Positions 29,954 to 40,532 of a DNA stretch of 64,000 nucleotides are shown here, one piece after another. The stretch lies in NCBI RefSeq assembly GCF_009914755.1, contig NC_060927.1; one strand, 5' to 3'. Each line of letters opens with the position of its first letter. Position 1 is the stretch's first letter. The translations under genes were made by a program, and so were the position numbers. This DNA is from the human T2T-CHM13v2.0 reference genome, Homo sapiens. The notes under the pieces are model-generated. The model had not been told where the DNA came from. It saw nothing but the letters and a program-made list of their open reading frames with translations, and did no database searches.

Positions 29954-30581
29954 GAGCGTGTGAAGCAGGGAAGAGCATTGTTTGGATTGCAGATGCCCTC
30001 CTGTCACTGAATGTGGTAATTTCACAATCAAGAAAAAAGACTACAGTTCTTTACTGACTTAGGCTGGCATCTCAAGAGGTAGATAGAGGTATAAGGAGTG
30101 AGAGCAATATTTAGCTGTCTTTTTTTCTTGTTTCAGAAAGCACTCTTGTATAATTGTATAAACAAACATTTTACCCAGAACGTGATACTAAAATAAGTTA
30201 CATTGGAAGATATCTTTAATTTCGTTGTAAAATTGAAATTAAAATTACTTTCAGCCATTTCTGGATGGGTTGCTAAGCATCACACAAGTTCCTTACTTTT
30301 ATTTATTATCACAAAGTTCTTCAGTTTTTATCTAAACTTCTCCATATAATTATCCATTGAACAAATGCAGAATTCATATTCTTTTCAAGTGCACATAAAA
30401 TATTCACCAAAAAAGACCAAAAGAGAATAAATTTAAAAAAATTAAAATCACATAGGATATATTTTCTGACCAAAATGTAGTCAAAGTTAAATTAATAGGA
30501 AAAACATTTTTAAAAATTATTCTCAAACTTTAAAAATTAGAAAATAAAATATTTAGAACTGAGTGAAAATGAAAACCACCT

Positions 30582-31447
30582 TTGGTGTTTGATGATGGTG
30601 ATGTACAGATGGGTTTTTGGTGTGGATGTCCTTTCTGTTTGTTAGTTTTCCTTCTAACAGACAGGACCCTCAGCTGCAGGTCTGTTGGAGTACCCCGCCC
30701 TGTGAGGTGTCAGTGTGCCCCTACTCGGGGGTGCCTCCCAGTTAGGCTGCTCGGGGGTCAGGGGTCAGGGACCCACTTGAGGAGGCAGTCTGCCCGTTCT
30801 CAGATCTCCAGCTGCGTGCTGGGAGAACCACTGCTCTCTTCAAAGCTGTCAGGGACATTTAAGTCTGCAGAGGTTACTGCTGTCTTTTTGTTTGTCTGTG
30901 CCCCGCCCCCAGAGGTGGAGCCTACAGAGGCAGGCAGGCCTCCTTGAGCTGTGGTGGGCTCCACCCAGTTCGAGCTTCCCGGCTGCTTTGTTTACCTAAT
31001 CAAGCCCCGGCAATGGCGGGCGCCCCTCCCCCAGCCTCGCTGCCGCCTTGCAGTTTGATCTCAGACTGCTGTGCTAGCAACCAGCGAGACTCCGTGGGGT
31101 AGGACCCTCCGAGCCAGGTGCGGGATATAGTCTCGTGGTGCGCAGTTTTTTAAGCCCGTCGGAAAAGCGCAATATTCGGGTGGGAGTGACCCGATTTTCC
31201 AGGTGCCGTCTGTCACCCCTGTCTTTGACTAGGAAAGGGAACTCCCTGACGCCTTGCGCTTCCCAGGTGAGGCAATGCCTCGCCCTGCTTCGGCTCGTGC
31301 ACGGTGCGCGCACCCACTGACCTGCGCCCACTGTCTGGCACTCCCCAGTGAGATGAACCCGGTACCTCAGATGGAAATGCAGAAATCACCCGCCTTCTGC
31401 GTCGCTCATGCTGGGAGCTGTAGACCGGAGCTGTTCCTATTCGGCCA
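30582..31447 (-). mobile_element. Inverted 5'UTR of a twin-primed L1PA2/3-like insertion
   Basis: CpG-rich antisense L1 5'UTR from just upstream of the ORF1 ATG to ...tattcggcca; left TSD GAAAACCACCT at 30571-81. Confidence 0.95.
31013..31102 (+). pseudogene. ORF0: L1 ORF0, frameshifted (29 codons, MAGAPPPASLPPCSLISDCCASNQRDSVG*)
   Basis: Manual translation. A 1-bp deletion in GGC GTA creates TAG; the rest of ORF0 continues in ORF 31135-31320. Confidence 0.8.
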
Positions 31448-31448
31448 A

Positions 31449-31925
31449 ACGTATGTTTATTGCGGCACTATTCACAATAGCAAAGACTTGGAACCAACCC
31501 AAATGTCCAACAATGATAGACTGGGTTAAGAAAATGTGGCACATATACACCATGGAATACTATGCAGCCATAAAAAATGATGAGTTCATGTCCTTTGTAG
31601 GGACATGGATGAAATTGGAAATCATCATTCTCAGTAAACTATCACAAGAACAAAAAAACAAACACCGCATATTCTCCCTCATAGGTGGGAACTGAACAAT
31701 GAGAACACATGGACACAGGAAGGGGAATATCACACTCTGGGGACTGTTGTGGGGTGGGGGAAGGGGGGAGGGATAGCGTTGGGAGATATACCTAATGCTA
31801 GATGACGAGTTAGTGGGTGCAGCGCACCAGCATGGCACATGTATACATATGTAACTAACCTGCACAATGTGCACATGTACCCTAAAACTTAAAGTATAAT
31901 AATAATAAATAAATAAAATAAAAAA
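31449..31925 (+). mobile_element. Non-inverted 3' end of the same L1PA2-like insertion
   Basis: ORF2 end, 3'UTR (gctagatgacgagttag, i.e. GAG rather than the Ta-type ACA) and A tail; right TSD GAAAACCACCT at 31926-36. Confidence 0.95.
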
Positions 31926-32020
31926 GAAAACCACCTAGCAGAGGAAAAATGTTAGAAAATCAATGATCTAAGCTTTCACCTTAAACAGTTAGATGAAAAG
32001 CTAATTAAAACCAAAGGTGA

Positions 32021-32417
<397 letters not shown>

Positions 32418-32664
32418 CTACAATTGATATATTTTTAGGGAGACTGATTAAGAAAAATAGAGAAACTCAAATTACTAATATTAGGTCTGACATACCTAGT
32501 ATCATAGGGATATTACTATGATTTTCAGACATTGAAAGGACAGCAAGATATTATGAACATTGTGCCAATAGATTTGACAGATTAAATGAAATGAATGAAT
32601 ACTTTGAAGAAACAGAAAGAATTACAAAAAACTATGCTGTCCAATATCAATTAAAGAAATTGAG

Positions 32665-33460
32665 GTCAAACTTGTTCTTCCTTGTTTGTGGGAGCTAAGG
32701 AAAACTGAGAAGTAGAATTGTGGTTATTAGAGGGTGGGAAGGATAGAAGGAGGGGATGATGGGAAGAGGTCAATTAACAGTTACACCTAGATGAGAGGAA
32801 TAAGTTCTAGTGTTCTGTAGCACTATAGAGTGAATATGATTAACAACAATTTAGTGTATATGTGTTAAGCCATTCTCATGTTGCTATAAAGAAACACCTG
32901 ATGCTGTGTCATTTATGAAGAAAAGAGATTAAATTGGCTCATGGTTCTGCAGGCTATTTAGGAAGCATGGCATTGGCATATGCTTGGCCTCTGGGGAGGC
33001 CTCAGGGAACTGTTGCTCATGGCAGAAGGCAAAGCAGGAATAGGCACATCATACGTCAAGATTGGGACCAAGAGATGTAGGGGAAGGTGCTGCACACTTT
33101 TCAAAACCAGATTTTGTGTGAACTCAGAGTGAGAGCTCACTTATCCCCAAGGGGATGATGTCAACCATTCATGAGGGATCTGCCCCTGTGATCCAAATAC
33201 CTCTCAGCAGGCCCCACCTCCAATACTGGAGACCACATTTCAACATGAGATTTGGAGAGGATACATATTCAAACCATATTAATATATTTTCAAAAGCTAG
33301 AAGAGAGGATTTTGAATGCTCACAATACGAAGAAATAACAAATGTTCAAGGTGAGGGTTATGCCAATTACCCTGATTTGATTATTATACATTGTATACAT
33401 GTATGGAAATATCACTCTGTATCTCATAAATAGGAATAATTTTTAAGTTTTAACTTAAAA
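32665..33460 (+). mobile_element. L1MA 3'UTR split by the MSTB LTR
   Basis: gaggaataagttctagtgttctgtagcac...|...caaaagctagaagagaggattttgaatg. Confidence 0.75.
32861..33281 (-). mobile_element. MSTB-like solo LTR
   Basis: ggcctctggggaggcctcaggga...tttcaacatgagatttggag...aaaccatat; TSD GTATA/ATATA. Confidence 0.85.
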
Positions 33461-36400
33461 AGGGGAGAAAAGATATTGTACTCATAATAAGAATACATTC
33501 AGGGCCCAAATGGCATCATTGATGAATCCTATTGACCTGCCAAGGTAGAAATGAGTGTCCTTTCAGAAAATAGAGAAGGAGTGGAAACCTCTCATCATTT
33601 TATCATCTCATGCTATCAAAACAAGACAAAGATATCAATATAAAAGAAAACTACAAACTAATATTCCAAAGGAAATAAATAGGATAAGTGAGATTATCTA
33701 CAAAAATGCAAGAGTTAACATTAAAGAAATAAATTAATGTAATTGAACATATTGATGGATTAAAGGGAAAAAACATAGTATTATCTCAGTATATGCAACT
33801 ATTATCTCACATATTTCTAGTAGGAATGTAAAATTAACCACTTCGGAAAACAGTTTAGCAATTACTTTATAAAGTTAGAAATACATCTACATAGGACTCA
33901 GTGGTTACATTCCTAGATTTTTACCCAAGAAAAATGAAAATATATGTCTCCTCAAAGACTGATACACACATGTGCATAGCAGCTTGATTCATAATAGCCC
34001 CAACTGGAAACAATCAAAATGTCCAAAACCAAGGGAACAGCTAAACAAATTGTGTTATACACACAGTCAAATACTACTCAGCAGTAAAAATAAATGAAAT
34101 ACAAATACACAAAATCACATGAATATATCTCGAAGCATCCTGCTAAGAAAAATAGCAAGACATAAAGAGTATATCCTGAGCATTTTCATTCACATGTACT
34201 GTAGTTCTAGAATAGATGAAAGTAATCGAGCATCATCGTGGTTGTTTTGTGTTTAGACTATGGATGAAATGACTGTAAGGCAGCATAAAAAAACTTGTCA
34301 AAGTGATGGAAATATGGCATATCTTGTTTGTGATAGTGTTTATACCAAATATGCACGTATTTGTCAAAACTCCTCAAAATGTACCCTTAAAATGGCTGTA
34401 TTTTATTGTATGCAAATTTTATATGAATGAAGTTGATTTCAAAGGACAACAACTGCAAAATTTTGGGGGATTCTCAGTGACCAAAGTTGCATGGTCAAGG
34501 TTATACGTGGCTCCTCCCTTCACATAGTACAGCAAAGCTCTTCTTATTCAGGCACCAACCAGCCAAGCAAGTTCTCCACCCAGGGTGCTGAGCTCTTAAT
34601 GAAACCAGAAGCCAAAAGGTGAGCCTAAGCTGCCCCACAACTGCTTACTCTGAAAAAAGGCACCAACACCCCTCCAGAGGTAATCTTCTTAAAGACATAA
34701 ATTCACAGGAAACACTTTTTGTGGGGTTTCTTCCCTGTTCAGACATTCCTGTAGTGTCTGATTTTTTTTTTCTCGTTCTGAGGTTTTGTTTTGTTTTTAA
34801 TCCTTCTCAGTATGATGATAGATTTATAGGCCGGTAGGGTGGGCAAGTAGCTAGATTAATAAATTAGTTCATTCAGTATGTAACAGACTTAATCAATCCT
34901 AGAACACTATGTGAGCAAAGGGTAATAAATGGACAAATGGGGAGCCTAAGAGATTTTATTAAAAATGCAAGTTGAAGGGAGCCCTAGTGTCCTATCTTAA
35001 TGTCACCATTATTCAATCCTCTTTGAGTTCATTTTCAAAGTATAGTGGCCAGGGAAAGAAAAGCTTTATTTGTGAAACATCAGCACTCAAATGAGAATAT
35101 TTGCACTAAAAAGTAGCAATCTGAGCAATATCAGAATTGGTGGAGCAGAAAGTCTAGGAGATTGTGGTTAGACAAACCTGGGTTTCATGCTCATCTCCAC
35201 TTTTTACTTGTTTAAGGAATACCAATATTTTGCATGATTGGAAAATAAATGAAGTTGCTTCATGTCTTGTTTTGGAAATCTTATTAAATATAAAAGAAAT
35301 TTACAAATCAACATTACTGGAATAGTTAAGTATAAGCAATATACTTTGAATATATTTGCTGCTTAATAATTTTTTATGAAATGAAATTAAAAACAATCCA
35401 CAAAGAGTCAGAGATAAAGATTGTCGTCCAGATACCTCATAATAATTGAGATTTGTTGAGTAATTGCTCAACTTTCAATACTTTCTAAATGTGAAAAACA
35501 CTTATCTTTGTTAAACTTGACCAGTTTGGTTCATTCACTTGGTCAAGTTTCTTAACTTCCTTAGAGCTCATTTTTCACATCCGTAAAAAAGGCAAAGATT
35601 ACCTAAAATCCAGCAAAGTGCCCGGAACCATTTTAGTTGTTTGTATCAAGGTTTTTGAATGGAGATAAAGAAGTAAGAATTTATTCTGTTTCCTCAGCTT
35701 GACACTGACTAGAAGCATGTAGTTCTCTATCTAAACAGCTTCTTATAAGCATTCAAAGGCCAGCTGCTGTTACTATATTGTCTTGTGCTAGGACCTTGTC
35801 ATTGTTACTATTGGGAAAGAGTTGGCCCTACAACTTAGATAACTTAATAGCTCAATGAGATGGTGTTTAATTTTCTTTTGCTTATTCTTCCTAGATTTCT
35901 TATAAAAAAAAAACAAAAACAAACCAACAAACAGCAACAACAACAAAAAACACTGGCTGGCCACCAAAATTTACCAAATTAAGTCAGCGAACTTAAGAGA
36001 TGATTTGATCCATGCTTACCATTGAGTTTCATCTAGTTCCAAAGCTAGCAATTGACTGACCAAACTTGCTCAATTAATATCCAAATTGGACACTGGAGCA
36101 CTGGATAATACAACATAGATAATTAGAAAATTTATCATTGAAATCTGTTTTTTAAAAATATACGTCTGTGTAGCTGTCCTCTTGGTTCAGAATTACCTCT
36201 CCTCTGTACTTTGGACTTTCAGAAAACTCATGATTTTTAAAAAGAAAAGAGTTATATTTCTACCTAGGATGTAGAAAATAGAGAGATGGAAGAAATGTTA
36301 CTTCCACATTACAAAATTGTTTTGTTTAATCACAAACATATGTGTGTATATCTATATATTATATGTATTATACATGTATACATAATATATACCTAAGATA

Positions 36401-36609
36401 TATATATACACATCTCATGTACTTATGTATAGCCTCACAGATTCAAACAAGAATATCTTGTATGAATAGTCTTGTATGAAAGACTCTGAGAGAAAGTGAA
36501 AGACTCTATGTGAGAGTTTTGAAAGAGAGCATTCTGAGTACCCAACTCTGTGGGTTTTACACCTCCTCCTATAATACCTCAATAACTTACTAAGCAAGTA
36601 AGATGACTT

Positions 36610-38250
36610 TTAGTTAATGTTTCCTGGAAATAAACAAATAAGAACTGTGTAAAAGAAGTTCATTAAAGATTGCATTTAGGAATGATGCCTGGAAGTAAGG
36701 GAAAATAAAAAGTTGCACTGTGATTAAGTTATCACAGAGGTCTCAGCCAAATCACCGGGCAGCTCTGAAGCTGGAATGGCTTTCTGGTGTTTCAAAATGA
36801 GGCAAATTTCCAGAGCCTTCATGGCCCTGTTAGGACTAGTTATTGTACCTCTTATGCCCGTAGTGAAGGAGTGTAACTTTTGTGGAAACACAAATCCATT
36901 AAGTCTAGGGCAAGCACCAGAGAGGGTAGCAGCTATCGGCCATCAAGCTAAGAATCCTAGATTTTTGATAGCTAAGAGAATGAGTGTCCTGAAAGAGAGA
37001 TCTGGGTGATAAAAGTAATATCCACTACAAGTCATCCCTTGCATTGCTTCCTATAGTAACTTTACTTCTTCTGTGTACAGCTTCTGCACGATTCTTATTG
37101 ATATCATTTATTAATAATGTGTAAGAGGAAGGTTGGTGACTTGAACTATATAGCCTTTGCTGGTCTTGAAGCTTTAACTGATCTTCATTAGCTTTCTTCT
37201 TTACTATCTTCATCTGCGGCTGTTACCTCTGCTGGTCTAGGTTTCTCACCTGATGGATACGTCCTTCCTCTGGGAACCCAGATCTGCAGATTTACGGAGC
37301 CTAAAGTTTTGAAAAAAAGCAAAAATGTCCTGGGTCACTGATAATAAGGTCCAGCAGAGACATTCCTACTTCAAGTCTGGTTACCATACCCAAGTATTCT
37401 ACCTACAGGGAAGCTAACATTATGTAATGGTTGTAGCAGAGTGTAAGTGCACCCTGGAGGATAGTGCACCGTACTTGCAGAATGGCACCTAGTGGTACTT
37501 TCAAAAGGCTACTTCATCCAACTATGAAACTGGCAGCTTCTGGATGATATGAAGCAGTAGGACCAGTGAATCTCATTGTCCTGAGCCCATAGCAATATCT
37601 ATACTGCTGTAAAGTCAACTGCAAGATCTAAGGCAATGTTTTATAGGATCTCATGTTGTGGGAAAACCCCTTTAAGTTCTCTGAAAAGGAGCTGACTGGG
37701 GTCCTGAAGGTAGGAAAGGAAAATTTATATCCACAATAAATGTCAATCCTGTTCAAGGTCAAATCATTCTCTCTCAATGGTTAAAGGGGTCTGTTGTAAT
37801 TAACTTTCCCCAATTGGATGGTTGATATCCTTAAGAAATGATGCCATATCAAGGAGCACAGTATTGGTCCCAGTTGCTGTCATGTCAGACATTCAGTAGT
37901 GGAAGTAGTGAAATAAACTTTGGTAATTTTGAATCTTTGCTGCTGGGCTCGTTTGTAGCCTTCATATCTGCCACTGTAGATACTCCCTTCAGGCCCTGAG
38001 TACCAGCCTTGGAATAGCCACACTGAAAGCCTAGCTGACGTCAACTGTTCAAGTCATTCTGACTCTTGATGGTTTAGTGCCTCCTCCATAGCAGATGCTC
38101 TCTGGTGGGAATTTCTATACAATTTGCTATGTGCCAGTGACTACCAGAGAGTACCAAAATGATTCCTTTGTGCCTCCCTTTCCCTTGCTTTCTGAACAGT
38201 AATGTCTACAGTGTTTACACTATGCTTATCTTCCCATGATATCATGTGGA
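36610..38250 (-). mobile_element. 3' part of an ancient ERVL-class provirus: LTR (~36610-37029) plus internal integrase remnant
   Basis: LTR16/LTR41-group-like motif ctcagccaaatcaccgggcagctctgaagctgg; PPT-like gtcatcccttg; antisense ERVL integrase-like DNA at ~37700-38000. Confidence 0.6.
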
Positions 38251-38259
38251 ATAGGGAGG

Positions 38260-39000
38260 TTATATTGCCTGTTGATTTTACAGCTCTAAAACTTAACTCT
38301 AGGAGCCAAAAATAAGAAGCTGCCCCCAAGGACCACCGTCTGTACCTGGATGTGATTTAGACTTTAAGCAGATGCTGTACAAATATAGGACTTTTGGAGA
38401 GTCTTCAAAAAGGAGAAGTATATTTTAAATATGATATAAATGTAAAATAAATTGCAGGCAGAGGGCAAATTGTGGAGTTTTAAAAACATATTTATAAGTT
38501 TTTTGACATTGCTCCTTTCAAAGAGTAAAGTTTAGTTTCCACCTCTTTTGAGTATGAACTGGATTTAATGACTCTTTCTTCATGAATGTCTTGCAGTAAA
38601 AGTTCTGGTGTGTAAGTCAGGTCATAAAAGACAATATGAAGTCAGCTTCTCTCTTGGATCACCCACACTGGGGGAGGTCAGCTATTACTTTGTGAGTACA
38701 CTTGAACCCCCTTATGGAGCAGATCATGTGACAGAGAACTGAGGCTTCTGGCCAATGCCAGCAAGGAACTGAGACCTGCTGCCAACAGCCACATTAGTAA
38801 TCATGGAAATGGATCCTGTTGCCCTAGTTAAGTCTCCAGATAATTGCAACGGAGACTGACATCCTGTTAGCAACTTTATGAGAGCCCTCTAGCCTATAGG
38901 CACTCCCAAATTCCTGAGTCACAGAAACTATGAGGTAATAGATATTTGTTGTTTTAAGCCATTAAGTTTAAGGGTAATTTGTTATGGACTGGTAGAACTA
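38260..39000 (+). mobile_element. MLT1-int 3' end plus MLT1F-like LTR (from ~38471)
   Basis: gcagagggcaaattgtgg...gaactgagg...gttttaagccattaagttt..ggtaatttgttatg. Confidence 0.75.
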
Positions 39001-40532
39001 CCATCATCACTGATAACTACAAGAGTGATATATTAGTTTAGTAGTATACAAAGTTTGAGGAATTTTATATTCAGCTACCAGTGTCAAATTTTCAGTGTCA
39101 AGTGAAAATGTGTCAGCAAACAAGAGACCATATTTTCCCAGCTAAAGTTATTACTGAATCTTAGTATCCATCTAGAAACTCAAAATTATTTGAACTTCTT
39201 AAATATAAGCATAACAAATCAAGGAGTTAAAGTCACATATAATATATCCAGTTCACAAATTAATAAAAATGCCACAAGGTTTTAAAGAAAATATGTTGTA
39301 TATAATTTATCTTTAACATATTCAATGAAATCAAATGGAATATTTAAAATGTTTAATTAGGTTCTTACTGTTATCTCAAATAAGATATTTTTCTATTTTC
39401 AGGCTAATTTTTGAAGTTCCACAAATTGAAACAAAATGTTAAAATATTTGACTAACCTTAGAATTTATGTGCCACTAACATCCAAATAAACCTTACTCAA
39501 TTAAGAAGTATGTAATATAAGATGATAGATTGTGAAACAGAAAAACAACATAGAAAAATATAAGAAAAACAATTCCTAAGCCTCCGTAATTGCATTTATA
39601 TGAGCAATCTTTAAGCTAGTTACTCAGAGCACAAGAAAATAAAAGGAAAGCAGTTATATATTATCTGTGTTAGGTGGCAGAAATGTAAGACATTTATCTT
39701 CAGAGCTATATTTTTCCTGGGAACAAACACAAACTAGAATGTACCTAAAGATTTTTTGTGCATGTGACAAAGTGAATAATGACTTCTTTGTACTATGTAA
39801 TGTTGGGATCAAAAGAATCATTCTTGTAAAGATTATGTGCATAGGCTGAAAGAGCGATGCTACGTGATAAATCAGTGGAGGCATTTTTTCCAGAGATTGA
39901 GATAAAGAGGCCTAGGTAGTTCAATTTCAGTTTTAATCATCTTATAATATAGGAGTGGAACTCGGAGTCCACTGGAATATTAGCACAGTTTTTGCCCGAA
40001 AAATCAGGTTTCATGCGAACCTTTGAAAGTGCTATATTGGTAGTCAACTCACAGAATTATTCTTTCCATGACTGGTGTGCTGACATTCTGTGTGACTGGC
40101 TTCAGTGAATTAGAAACTAAATTATTACTTTTTTAATAGCCAGCTTTGTATTTTTACACAGATGTAAAATGTTCTCTTGGTTTTCATTACTCAGTGATGA
40201 AGACAGTGGTCTTTTTAAGTAGTTTAGACCATAGATATTATATTTAAAAATATATCGGCATATATTGACCACTGTGTATGTGCAAACATGTACATGGATG
40301 TGTGTCTATATTCCAGATCCAGCTAACATGATCTTCCATCATCTAAAGCTAAAGCTCACAGCATAGCCTTTCCCTTGTGATTATTGAATCCAGAGTATAG
40401 ACATGGGTAAAATCAAAATCTGTGAAGAAAGGGTAACAAACTAATAAGCAAATCAAAACATGTGGGAAAAAATGCTCACATTCCTTCCTCAGCATCCATG
40501 GCTTATAGCCCTAGGAAATGAGAAAATACATA

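Noticed and set aside
30900-31447. CpG island of a cellular gene
   Set aside because: Entirely L1 5'UTR sequence.
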